DNA of 63,072 bases, counting the filler, from Reticulomyxa filosa (taxonomy: Eukaryota > Protista > Foraminifera), in NCBI GenBank assembly GCA_000512085.1. It is 20 parts of 20 records of this genome, joined end to end, with 100 filler letters (N's around TTAATTAATTAA, not from the genome) between each part and the next. Parts side by side here need not be neighbours in the genome. Positions count along the whole stretch, not along the records: positions 21,478 to 24,271 come from ASPP01020505.1; positions 24,372 to 29,100 come from ASPP01032741.1; positions 29,201 to 32,718 come from ASPP01010606.1; positions 32,819 to 34,482 come from ASPP01006797.1; 16 more parts are not named here. One strand, written 5' to 3'. Positions 21,832 through 34,582 of the stretch are shown in pieces. How positions within the stretch are numbered: position 1 is the stretch's first letter; the number at the start of each line of letters is the position of its first letter. The notes beneath the pieces are model-generated. The model saw nothing but the letters and a program-made list of their open reading frames with translations, made no database searches and was not told the origin of the DNA. The position numbers and the translations under genes were made by a program.

Positions 21832-24246
21832 ATGAAGCATTCGCATTTGGACGAAAAAAAAAGAAGGTTCTCAGAAGAAGAGTTGCAGAACCTATTGAAG
21901 CGTGTGAAGACGTCAAAAGCAATTCGAACTAGTCAAACCTGCATCACAAATAACGACATCAAACCGTAAGCTACCTCCTCACAAATCAACATTTCTCCTT
22001 TCATTTTGAAAAATTCCAAATTAAAAGAACCGAGCGAGACGAGGGCATGTTAAAAGCTCGACCAAAAAAAAAAAGGGGTTAAAAGAACAGGATGTGCAAA
22101 CGTCAACCAACAAAAATGTGTATTATGCACAGATATGAAAATGAAGGATTTGACAACGCACATGGTGACATGATGATTTGTGCTGGAGATGTGTTTGTGG
22201 ACGGAAACACAAAGTTTAGACAATAACAACAACAATAAAAAGATGAATTTTACCAAAAATCAATAATGATAAAACAGTATAACATATCAAGTAAAAGGAA
22301 AATTGGGGAATGGAGTGTATGGGCAAGTGGTGGAAGCACTGGTGTCACTGCCAATGGGACTGTCAAAAAACTCAGAGTGTAAGGAAGAGAGAAAAGAAAG
22401 TGAAAAAACGGTGGCAATAAAGATCATCCGAAACCGTAGCAACTTTAACACGCAAGCTATGAAGGAAATTGAGCATTTGATGCTCTTATCGCACGTCAGT
22501 CGATGCGTTCACAATTTCGCTACCGTCATTCCATTGTTGTCGTGGTTTGTTTGTCAAAACCACTTCATGTTGGTTTTTCCTAAAGTTTTGTTTCTCAAAC
22601 CCATGTCGATTTTTTTAAGAAGGGAGGGAGGTCGGAGAAAGAGAAAAAAAGGGCTTCTTTTTTTTTTTGTTTATTTTAATAAAAAAAAAAAAAAATTACT
22701 TTTAGTTGTCTCGAAACCTGCATGAAGTGATAAAAGGAAATCATCACATGGGCTTGCCAGTGGAATTGGTGCAGCAAATAACACAACAAATGGTGTTTTC
22801 GTTGCTGTTGTTACAGCAGTGCCGTGTTGTGCATTGTGACCTCAAACCTGAAAATATTTTGTTGGACAATGAGTTGCTTGGCAATCGCAACAACAATAGT
22901 AATAATAATAATAATAATAGTGGTAATGGCAATGTGGCTTGCACTCGAAACAAAATTAGTGTTATCGATTTGGGAAGTTCGTTTACGACTCAACAGCTAG
23001 AACAACAACGGCAAATGATTGGATATGCAGTTGGCATAGATCGATTGTATATTCAGTCACGACATTACCGTGCGCCTGAAGTCATGTTGGCGATGAAACG
23101 ACCTTTGACTCATGCGATTGACATTTGGAGTGTCGGCTGCATTGTCGCTGAATTGTTGCTTGGTATCCCCTTGTTCCCGGGGATTAATGAGTTGCAACTC
23201 TTGCATCGATTTACTAACCTTTTGGGGTATGTCTTTATTTTTATTTATTATTATTGTTATGGTTATTGTTATTGTTTCCATCGATTTAATATATACATAT
23301 ACATATACATATATATATAATTTTTTTTTTTTTTAATCTAAATTTCCTAGCGGCTGTTCCAATGAATTACTGAAAGAATCACACAATGCAAGCGTCTATT
23401 ATAAAATGCAAGACGACGCGATGCAATTGAAAAGCTTTGCAGAGTTCAATGAGGAATTCCAAATTGCCAATGGGACCACGGTGATGAAAGAGTATTGTCC
23501 AGGAAAGAATCTCAACGAAATGATAGTCAACAAACGTATCAAAGACTTGGGACGTTGTCAATCCTCACATTTGACAATGGCAGCCACTCCAGCGCTGCAA
23601 AAACAGCAAAACTGTCAATTGATTATGGCGAAAATAGCAATGGAAATGCCATTGCTTCAAAAGGCGATTAATTTCATTCAATGCTGTTTGAAATGGGACC
23701 CCACTCAACGTTCTACTCCACAGCACTTGTTTCTTCACTCCTTTATTGGAGGCAGTTTGTCGTCGCCTCAACCCCCCCTTCTTCTCTCTTCTCACATTTC
23801 TGTTCGTCCCACTACCCAGTCGTCCAGTCCCATTCGAGACGATTCTTCCCTTCTTTCCACTCCTTCCAGTCTTACAGTTTGCTTTTTTTTTTTTTTGTTT
23901 TTCCGCAAAGGGGATAAACACTTTTTTTTTTTTCAATCGTTTTTATGTTACTGCATTTCAGACAACGCAAAAAGAAGATCGCAATGATATCAATGAAGGA
24001 GATGATGACGATGACGACCGCACAAGCAATTGTGAGAGTCAAGTGAATGAAAGCGAAGACAAAAAGATTAGTAATGCTTACATGCAAACCCCGATACAAA
24101 ACAAAATCAAAAGCAAAATCAAAATTAAAATCAATGAGAAACACAGATCAGAGCCGCGCAGTGCGACCAAATCGGTGCAAGAAGAGGGTGAATGGGGCGC
24201 GATTCCATCGTTACCGTCCCCTTCACTCCGCATTTTAACTCCATAA
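21832..24246 (+). CDS. YAK1/DYRK-family dual-specificity kinase (multi-exon, some homopolymer frameshifts)
   Basis: NEGFDNAHGDMMI (DH-box-like), LGNGVYGQV, VAIKII, HCDLKPENILL, VIDLGSS, YIQSRHYRAPEV, IDIWSVGCIVAELLLGIPLFPG, FIQCCLKWDPTQRST. Confidence 0.9.
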
Positions 24247-24371
24247 AAAAAAAAAAGGGGTCCTCCCCCCCNNNNNNNNNNNNNNNNNNNNNNNNNNNNN
24301 NNNNNNNNNNNNNNNTTAATTAATTAANNNNNNNNNNNNNNNNNNNNNNNNNNNNNNNNNNNNNNNNNNNN

Positions 24372-27300
24372 GGACTATAAGTTGGACTATAAGTTGGACT
24401 TTCAGCCCAACCAATAATCCAACGGAAAGTCAGACCATAAGTCGGGTTCGACGTCGGTGAATATGTTGGCGAATATGTCGGACAATGCAGGAGCGTTTGT
24501 TAGACTTGGTGTTGTACTGTAAGTAGCATTGGTTGGGCTGTACGTTGGACTGAAAGTAGGTACATTCGTCAGGCTTATGTTGGGGCATTTGTTGGGCTAA
24601 GTAGGAGAGTTTGTCGGAGAATATGTTAGCGCATTTGTTGGATTTGGTATTGTGCTGTTTGTTGAACTTTCAGTCGGACTTAGGTTGGGCTGTACGTTGG
24701 AGCGTTTGTTGGGCTGTAGATCGAGGCACCTGTTGGAGTCAGTTGGACAATACGTCGGTAAGTACGTTGGAAATACGTTGGAGCGCCTGTTGGTGAGTAT
24801 GTTGGTGAATATGTTGGAGCATTCGTTGGTGATTCCGTTGAAGCGTAAAGTTGAGACATTTGTTGAAGAATAAGTTAATAGTTGGTGATTGTGTCGGAGC
24901 GTTTGTTGGAGCATCAGTTGGGGAATAGTTGGACGAATGTTGGAGCGCGTTGAGCTGTCGTTGGCGAAGCAATCGGTGGGTATTTGGACTGGATGTTGGA
25001 GCATCCGTTGAAGAAAATGTTGGAGCCCTGTTGATGAATACGTTGGTGACTGCTTTGGGGCATCAGTGGTAACTATCGGTGTATTTGTTAGAGAATACGT
25101 TGGTGATTGTGTTGGCGCGTTAATTGGTGAATGTTGGTGCGCCGTTGGCGAATATATTGGAGAAAAAGTTGGCGACTGCGTGGATGCATTGGTTGGTGAC
25201 TCAGTTGGGGCATTTGTCGGTGAATAAGTCGGTGGGGCTATATGTTGGAGCGCTCGTGTGGAAATGTTGGAGAGAAGATCGGGTACCGTTGGAGTATTTG
25301 TTGGAATAAGGGACTAATGTGGAACTCCGCGTGAAGTTGGGGCGCTCGTGGAATATGTTGGAGAGAAAGCAGGCTTGTGTTGGTCCGTTGGCGAACGTTG
25401 TAAGTTGATGAATATATTGGGGAGAATGTTGGTGCACTTGTTGGTAAGTGTGTTGGAGAATATGTGCGTTGGGCATTGGTTGGCGACTCCGTTGGCGCAT
25501 TCGTTAGTGGATAAGTTGGCGAGTATGTGGACTATAAGTTGGAGCTCCTGTTGGGGAATAGTTGGAGGGTTGGCACGTCTGTTGGGAGTTGTTGGCGAAT
25601 AAGTGAGACTGAATGTTGGGCCTCGTTGGTGAATACGTTGGAGAAAAGGTTGGACTTTGTGGGGCATTCGTTGGGGAAGTTGGTGAATACGTTGGGCTGA
25701 ATGTGGATGCATTTGTTGGACTCCGCTAGTGCGCTTGTCGGACTGTAAGTGAACTATAAGTTGGACTAAAGTTTGACTTTCAGCTCGGCCAATAACCAAC
25801 GAAAAGTCCGACTATAAGTAGGACGGTACGTGGATTATTAGTTGACATAAGTCGGGTTCGACGTCGGTGAATACGTCTGACAATGTAGTGGCATTGGTTG
25901 CGCTGTCTGTTGGACTGAAGTATGTGCGTTCGTTGGACTATAAGTCGGATTTCTCGTCGAACTGTAATTTGGATTGTTCATTGAACTGAAAGTAGTTGTA
26001 TTCGTCGGGCTATATGTTGGATTGGCTGTTGACATAGGGCCATTTGGGCTATTAGGAACGTTTATTGGAGAATAGATTGGCGCATTTGTTGGATTTTGCA
26101 CGAGTATAGATTGGACTTTCAGTCGGACTATAGGTCAGGGCATCTGTTGAAGAGTAAGTTGGAGCATTGTTGGGTTCGGAGTCAGTTTGTTGGACTAAAG
26201 TTGGACTTTCCGTTGAAGCGTTTGTTGTGCTATATGTCGGACTATCGTTTGGAGAGTAGTTGGAACACCAGTTGGCGAGTATGTTGATAATTGTGTTGGA
26301 CATTCGTTGGTGACTTCGTTGGAGAGTTTGTTGGAGAATACGTTGGCGCCAGTTGGTGAAAAAGTCTGTGAATGTAAGTCGGACTGTCCGTCGGCAAGTT
26401 GATTGGAGAGTACGTTGGAGCGCCAGTTGGTGAATATGTTGGCGACTGTGTGGTGCATTGGTCGGTGGCTCCGTTGGCGCATTTGTTGGTAAATAAGTTG
26501 GAGAATACGTTAGTGACTATGCAGGCGACTCCGTTACGCGTTCGTTGGTGAGTACGTGGGACTAAATGTGGGGCCGTTGGAGAATGGTTGGATGTCGGAG
26601 CATCCGTTGCGCATTCGTTGGCAAATAAGTTGGACTGAATTAGTCGGCGAATTGTTGGAGAAACTTTGAACTGCTGGGTGCATTGGTCTGTGGCTCCGTC
26701 GGCGCATTCGTTGGTGAGTGCGTGGTACTGTATGTTGGAGCGCTTGTTGGGATATGTTGGAGAAAAGTATGGTGCATCTGTTGGAACATTTGTTGGCGAA
26801 TAAGTTGTAATGTTGGAGCACCGTCGGAGAAAATATTGGAGCGCTTGTTGTGGAATACGTTAGCAAAATGTCGGTGATTACGTTGGAGCGCATGTTGTGA
26901 GTAAATTGTGGATATATTGGCGAGTATGTCGGTGCCCCGTTGTCGAAGCAGTCGGTGAGTACGTTAGGCTGGATGTTGGAGAAAATATTGGAGCACAATA
27001 AGTTGATCAACACGTTGGAAACTGTGTCGTGCCATTTGTCGCAGCGCTTGTTGGGGCGTCAGTTGGAAAGGTTGGCGAGTATGTTGGATAGCCTGTTGTG
27101 GAATAAGTTGTTGAGTACGTGATGCTGTATATTTGAGCGCTCGTTTGTGAATATTTGGTCCATCCGCTGGCACATTTGCTGGCGAACAAGTTCGATTGAA
27201 TGTTTGCCAATGACTCTGCATCATTCTAATGATGCCATTTTGATTGCCGATTACGTTGCTCGAAGTTAAATGCCTTGTTGGTGCTTTGGTTGGATGTCTG

Positions 27301-28830
27301 TTTGGACTTTTTGTGGGATGCTTTGTCGGTCTTTTGGTTGGTGGTTTTGTTGGATGTTTCGTTGGGTGCTTGTTTGGTGGTCTGTTGCAAGTCAAAACGT
27401 ATTTGAACATATTTTTGGTAAATAAAAAAATGCTTAGTTGCACAAAAAACAAAACTTGGTTTGACATATAAAACATTGCGAAGATCGACAGTTCTTCAAG
27501 GTGATGACTTGGTGGCAGTGATAACACGGAGTTGCAAGTTTCAACAATCAGGAAAACATATTGTAATGATGATCTCTTTCCACAGGAACCCACCAGAAGT
27601 CAGTCAATTTATTTTGTAAGTTGACACCACGATAACTCCAAACAAGGATTTTAATTGGTATTAAGGCCCGAGAGAAACTTTGTGGCTGTCCACAGTCAAA
27701 GCAATAATAAAAGCTAGTACACGTCTTGTTGCGAGTTATACATCAGCAACGCGCCATCCAACGCATCTCGAATGTGTTCCTGTAAAACGAGTTGTTGCCA
27801 TGTGTAGACGTCCGATCGCCAATATAATGTTATTACCCGCTGTAGTGTCGTATCCTCCAAATGTACAGTCCAATGTTGACAAATTCATTGGCATCTCAAT
27901 TAAATATGAAAATGTCACAATTCCCGCTCTAAAAAAATATCTGGAAATTCTTGTGCCGCCATAGCTGCATTCATTTGACCTGATCTTTTAATTCTTGCAA
28001 ATAATTGTTGCGCCCACGTATTCTCTCGTTGCAACTGTCCGAAATTGGCTTGGACACATCCACAATCACAAACAAGTTCATGTTGCCCATTTGACAATGA
28101 GTTCCCGTAAAGTTGATAATCGGAATGATTTGACGGTTGGCGCCGCAGTTAAAGTAAATGGAGTTTGAGACGGGTTTATGGTTTTGTTGGCGCCAAGTGG
28201 TTGGTTTCCGTCGGTTGATGCGATCCATGTGAAGCACGTACTGTTTTTGAGAACAGACTGAAAGGATTTGGAAGGGAGCTAATACAAGAATGGCGATACC
28301 CGTCTGTTTCCGCTTGGATTTATCCATTTTCTGAACCAACAGCCACGAACATAAGGAACTTTTGCACTGGCCAAGTTGATCAACTGCCTGTAATGTAGCT
28401 GTATACGTCGCCTGCGATACCACAACCAATTCCATGCTGCGGTTAAATGTGTGGGTCAATTGAAGTCGATACGCTTCCGGTGTTCCACTCAATGACATAT
28501 CATGAAAGATTTGTCGTTCGAAAATGCCCACTGAATCCTGGGTCTTGTATCACCAGTACCTATAGCAAAAAAACAAAACGTAAAATAAAAAAAAAGGGAT
28601 AAAATTTTTTTTTTTGCTCACTTCTTTTGCTTGTAATTTTTTGATAGCATAAAATGAACATGTTCATTAACTTTGTGAATCGCAAGTTGTTGAAGATTCG
28701 TCAAACTGGTGTGTAGACCGGTACAACAGATTATCGTTTCACAGTTGTTACCATCGGGGTCTAATTGTGAACCGGTGCCTGATATTGTTATCCCATGTGT
28801 TACCATGAGTTGCTTGGCAAAACCTATTTT
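24372..28830 (-). pseudogene. Large Pro/Thr-repeat (PTYSPTNA / PTKH) secreted or surface protein gene, heavily frameshifted
   Basis: About 2.9 kb (24372-27230) of TNAPTYSPT-type repeats recur in shifting frames. A basic PTKHPTKPPTKRPT block lies at about 27270-27390, and a Cys-containing non-repeat N-terminal region with an intron at about 28620-28563. No long intact ORF. Confidence 0.7.
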
Positions 28831-29200
28831 TTTAAACAAAAAAAAAATAACTATTTTTATGTGAAAGCTATAATTTTTTCCCAACACATACAAAAACAAA
28901 AAAACACAGAAAAATTCTTTCAATTTAACTGATTATAACGCTAAACAGCAACAAAATTTTATTCATTGAATTGCTTTTTTCTTTTTTTTTCGCAAACATT
29001 TCGCAAACATTTCGCAAACGAGAAATAACTTTTGTCAATGTTCAAAAGTTGAATGGAAACAAAAAAAGAAAGAAAGTACAATGAAATGGTATAATAAACA
29101 NNNNNNNNNNNNNNNNNNNNNNNNNNNNNNNNNNNNNNNNNNNNTTAATTAATTAANNNNNNNNNNNNNNNNNNNNNNNNNNNNNNNNNNNNNNNNNNNN

Positions 29201-29231
<31 letters not shown>

Positions 29232-29335
29232 AAAAAAATTAAAAAGCGAAAAATGCATTAATGCATTATATTTTGGCAAAATATATATGTATATACATAT
29301 ATATATGTTTGCTCTATATTATATGTAATCGAAGA

Positions 29336-30866
29336 TACACTTCCTGCAAAAAGGATGTTGGCTTCATGGATAACATGTGACAACAAAAAAATTGGGTTGT
29401 TGGGACAGACACGCTATTGCTACAACCAACACTGGAAACGGCTGATAAAAATGCTGCCCACCGGAGAAGTGCATCAGAACGAGGTGAAAGATTTGTTGGA
29501 GAAATGGAATAAAGACATTCAAAAAAAACGGCGCCGAAACAAAGTGGTGTTGACCGTCGAAAAGTTGAAGGAACTCACAAAGACGATAACACTTTATTTG
29601 AGTAAAATAATCACGAAGCCTTTAGATCAAGGCCTTCGCAAAATTAATTGCGTCAACAAGCAATACACCAATTTGAAGGATATTCCCCGAATTGACAAAT
29701 TCTTGAACACGATTGGCTATCAGTTGTCTTCGGATGTCTTTTGGTTGTTGCCCATTGTTGCTTCTGATGAGGAAAAGAACAATCCTCCTAATGTGACTGT
29801 CAATCTGACCAAAATTGACTACGCACAATTGTTTCAACAGGCGGCCGTATCTGAAAACAAATCCAGTCACCAGAAACAATACGATTTTTTGCTTTGCTTT
29901 TATGTTATTCTCAAGCATTTGTTTGATGATACTTTGCCACCTGATTTGCAACGTGTTGTTGTTGGAGATGCTCCTGAAGACAAGCAAGACAACCAAACCA
30001 CTGGAAAAAAAGAGTCAGTGTTTGCTTCCTCTACTCTAAAGAACGAAAATGAAACAGTTACTAATTTGGTGTAACATTTTGATACTTTGAAAAGCCAAAT
30101 GAAAGAGAACGAGAGGAAAAGAAAGAAAGCAAAGAGAAGGAGGGAAAACTGGAGCCAAAAAAAAAAAACAGAAACAATTTTAAAAAATAATTTGTATCAT
30201 TGTCATTGTCATTATGATTCTTCTTTTTTTTTTAAATTTGAAAGGAAAACTTGAAACTCAAGTCAAAAGGTACAATATTGTGTGTTTTGATGAACATGTG
30301 AATAAAACGACAGACGTTAAGCAGTAATGCAACTTCTGGCAAGTCCACAGCTGTTCCTTATACTGAATCCTTTATGAAAATTCTTCAAATGACTTCAGAA
30401 GGAAGGGTTCCGGATGATGTAAATCAGGATATTGACGATATGCCTCCCACTCCCAATGCACCACTTAGCGAGGCTGCATTGAGACCACAAACGAAACCTT
30501 GGGAAGGAAATTCGAATAGTCTGAAAAATTGGAATGATGCTGATGGAGGATTTACAGACGTAACTGACGTAAAAAATCCGTTGGTTCAACAATTTTTTAG
30601 TGACGATTTTGATCCAAATAACTTCTCTCGTCAGGTGCGGTCTTCACTCCTTTTTTTTGACTAAAGTTCGCGCAAAAGAGTTTGGAAAATTCTGTTATAT
30701 TCCTTTTTTTCCTAGGCACAGCCGAAGTCGAAGACAGAAACTGAACTGGAAAACAATTTGCTGGAACAAAACAAACGATCCTCTAAATGGGAAGATAAAG
30801 AAACAGAAGAGGATAGAAATTAATGGCCAAAGCCATCAAACTATGCATAAAGCCAAGCTTTTTTAA
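29336..30866 (+). CDS. Hypothetical protein, 3' part (multi-exon)
   Basis: 239-aa exon ORF 29355-30074 plus further coding-like exons at about 30315-30633 and 30716-30866. No family recognised. Confidence 0.6.
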
Positions 30867-31718
30867 GGTGTTTTGAGTGAAACTGAGGTCTCATTGTTGT
30901 TAATTTTTTTAACAACAACAAAAGTCGCAGTTTGGATCAAAATTGAGTGTAAAATCCACAAAAACTAAACACGTTTGGCAAGAAATATTTTCCAAAACTA
31001 AAACAAATATTCGTTAATTTATACAACGTGCTCACTCAATAACCAAGACATCGCAAGTGCATAACCTATTCTTTTGTTTTTTTGGAATTTATGTGACGAA
31101 AATAGAACAAGGTGAAGCTTCTTATCCAAAACAAATAAATAAAATAATGCGTTTTAATTCAACTTATTTTGATCAAATTGTAACAATTTGTTTGTAAATA
31201 GAGTTATGAATATGTGATGAATAAAATAAAATGTTGATGAAAATGTTTTATTATCCGGAAAAACGAAAAAAAGCAAATATACACCCTCATCTTGTTCTTA
31301 ATGATTGTTGTAAGGTGCCCTCTCATCGTACAGCAACATCTTCGCTTGTGTTGTTTAGATATGCACATAACGTCTGTTATTATTAATTTTTTAAATAAAA
31401 TGTTGCAAAATTAAAAAACTAAAAGCGTGTGATAAAAATAAATTTCGTTCTAAGCTCTTTTAAAAGGGAGGTGGGTGTATCAATGGTTTGTGCTTAAACG
31501 TAAAACAAACCCTTTTGGAGGGTTAATGAAAAGGCCACGTATCCCTTCCACAAAAAAAGGAATTTTGTATTTATGGAAAGTAAAGTCAATAGCCTTACTG
31601 TGTTTTGTGGCAAAAGAATTTACAACAATTAATTGAAAACACTCATCAAACAAAATTTCCTTTGCTTAAAAGAAAAAAAGTAATTTTTATTGTTGTAATG
31701 TTTATATTGAAATTGCCT

Positions 31719-32718
31719 TTAAAATAGTCCCGTATAAGTCGATAAGTTTTCGTTGACACCATCGTGCTGTTGATGCGACAAAGAGCTGATCGAGCACCAC
31801 TTGTTCCTATAGTGCATAAGCAATTCAGGATGAATGGGTATGACACCGTCGGAGGCTTGCTCATTGTTCTGTATTTGCGGCAATGGAGATGAATCATGAG
31901 GAGAGCCTTTTTTAAAATGCAGTGCAGCAACGTGGGATACATGTTGTCTCATGCCCTCCTGCAGCAAATGATAAATTGCATAGGCATCACTATCTTTAAT
32001 GCGCAAACAATTTTCACTTGGACGATTAGGATGTTGTAAATGTAAACTGGGTTCCAAAACCTACAAAATATTCAACCCCCACTCCAACCATTTGATATTT
32101 ATTTTCTCTAACAAAAAAAAAAACACACACACACACACAAAACAATAATGATACTTGTATTCGCCATTGATTTAATCGCTGTCTCATATTATGTTGTTCT
32201 AACTTAGCGTAGCACATTCTTTGAATATCATTAATACTGGACAAAGAGACTTTTTGCGGCAATGGATGAAGTCTTCCACCAGAAGATACATCCAATTGTT
32301 GGTATTCACATCCAACGCTTTCTTTCAGTAATTTTTGTCGATGCATTTTGATTTCGTCCATTCGATCTTGTCTTCTTTGCTGTCGCATTTGCCGTAGTCG
32401 ATTGATGTCTCTCCTTGTTTGGTCACTTGCCCAAGAGGTACTTGCACGCTTTCCATTACCGTCATGGCCAGCCACACGGTTTGTTGGAGGTTTGTGATGA
32501 TCCGATTGCATTTGGTTTTGGTAATAGCGTCTGTACAGTAAAGACGCATGTGTGTGTTTGTGGTCGGTTTCGATTATGTGTTCACCGCCACAATTCTGCT
32601 TGTGCAAGTACGAGCGATACAACCGGAAATTGTTTAATAGTTGCGGTTCCGCGATGTTTTGTTTCAAGTAGGAGGAAACTTCTCCAAATTTTGGGAATTG
32701 GATACAGAACGGAGGTCC
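31719..32718 (-). CDS. Hypothetical protein, 3' part (two exons)
   Basis: ORFs 32026-32667 and 31719-32057 are joined by an intron (about 32156-32062) containing (GT)n and a T-run. Charged helical segment; no family recognised. Confidence 0.55.
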
Positions 32719-32860
32719 NNNNNNNNNNNNNNNNNNNNNNNNNNNNNNNNNNNNNNNNNNNNTTAATTAATTAANNNNNNNNNNNNNNNNNNNNNNNNNN
32801 NNNNNNNNNNNNNNNNNNATCATCTCCCCCTTTTTTTTTAAAAAAAAAAAGACGTATACT

Positions 32861-33265
32861 TTTAACTTCTTCTTCAAAGACTTCTTTGAAAACATCCTCT
32901 TTCCACAACAACTTAATTTGAGCAGCCATGTCCATATCGATGCGCGATTTTGCATCCACGTTGAGCATTATTTCGTACGCGCCTTGTGCTTGCTCGGACA
33001 ATTCCGATTTGCCGCCAATCAAACCCAACACACATTGCACTGTTTCTATAATGAACGACCAAATGTGATCGTGAAATAACACTCGCTCCTCCTTCTCAAT
33101 GTCTTCGCCAAACGTTTGGCGCAATTGCTTGAATAATGTCGATTTTCCACATCCGCCGGGGCCCAAAAATAACAGCTTCTTCACGTTCTCACGTTGCATG
33201 CTTTCCGTTCCTTTTTTGCCTCTCGGCTTTTCTTCGTCCGATGATGAAGATGCACAACAGCCCAT
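32861..33265 (-). CDS. Heterotrimeric G-protein alpha subunit, first exon
   Basis: MGCCASS (myristoylation/palmitoylation), VKKLLFLGPGGCGKSTLFKQLR (G1 box), helical domain AAQIKLLWKEDVFKEVF. Confidence 0.93.
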
Positions 33266-33725
33266 TGAGACTTGTTTTCTTTGTGTTTCTTTTACTAGAT
33301 GGAAAAACTATGGGATTTTTTTAACAAGAAACTATTTTTTTTGTCTTTGTGTGTTTTTTTTTTGTGTTGTAACTGCGTTGTTGCTTTCCCTTGCGCTTGC
33401 CTTGTTTCGTGTGCAATCTTGCACGTGCAGCATTACACTTTGGCAGATCTTCTCCAAACGTCAGAGCGTTGCTTGTGCAATCAAAACTCTTGGTCACTGC
33501 AATCAACACACACTTTATTTGTGCTAAACTTAAACCTTGTCTGTATCCCTTTAATTATTTACGTATACATACATATTTATGTATACGTATTTATAAAAAT
33601 TGCATGTTACTAACAATTTTATTTCCCTCGCAAATCAAGTTTAATATAAGAACTTCGACTTAAAAAAGCCCCCCTCCAATTTGTAATAACGTCCATCATT
33701 GGCTGTCTTCCTAAGGAATAGATCA

Positions 33726-34250
33726 ATGGCAACAGATAAGCGCTGTGGGAATGTGTTGCGTTTGTTGGGTCTGTTTTGCTGCTGGGTAATGTATGGAGGA
33801 ATATATTTGGCATGGGAGGCGGGTAACGGCTACGACAGCAGCAGCGAGAGCAATAAGTTGGGCTGTTCGAGTGGTTTTAGCTTCAGCAAGGCAAACAAGG
33901 ACACGAAAATTGTGGCAATGACAATGCTGGTAATCGGTGCGGCACACGGACTGGTATCATTTGTGGTCTTAATCTATTTTGGATTTTTGAAGCCTTGCTG
34001 TTGCGAAAACAGCCATAACGATCGTGTGTGGACGGGCATGACTTGGGCGGCAAGTGTTCTTACCGTCTTTTTCTCCGCGGGCGCCCTTTATGTCTTATAC
34101 AGCGTTTGGAACATTACTAAAAAGTGTGATGGAAGTGCAGACACCTTGGACCACTACCAGACTGCCCAGTGGACCATGTTCTCGGGCGCTCTCACCGCCT
34201 TCCTCTTTTCCGTTGCTAGTTTTTTTGCCGATTGCCTTGAGCGAAATTAA
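33726..34250 (+). CDS. Small four-TM membrane protein (174 aa, intronless)
   Basis: Four hydrophobic helices, single Cys in each predicted extracellular loop and a KPCCC cytoplasmic loop. Higher GC than the flanks. Confidence 0.75.
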   Translation: MATDKRCGNVLRLLGLFCCWVMYGGIYLAWEAGNGYDSSSESNKLGCSSGFSFSKANKDTKIVAMTMLVIGAAHGLVSFVVLIYFGFLKPCCCENSHNDRVWTGMTWAASVLTVFFSAGALYVLYSVWNITKKCDGSADTLDHYQTAQWTMFSGALTAFLFSVASFFADCLERN

Positions 34251-34582
34251 CCCCCCTTTTTTTTTTTTTTGATGATAATATTTTTTTGAAAAAAAAAATT
34301 ATGCACGAGGATATACTCCTATTTTGCGAAATTGTATTTTTTTTATTAAAAAAGGCAAAAGTTGTGTGACATTTTAGTATGTTTTGTTTAATTGATTTTG
34401 AATTTGTATTTTTTTTTTTGACGTGTTGTCACTTTCATCAGACCTTGTGGTTCCGACAATTTTTTTTTTGAGAAGCTATTCGNNNNNNNNNNNNNNNNNN
34501 NNNNNNNNNNNNNNNNNNNNNNNNNNTTAATTAATTAANNNNNNNNNNNNNNNNNNNNNNNNNNNNNNNNNNNNNNNNNNNN

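Noticed and set aside
24372-27230. YSPT repeats as RNA polymerase II CTD heptads
   Set aside because: Units are TNAPTYSPT-like, not YSPTSPS heptads, and there is no RPB1 sequence upstream.
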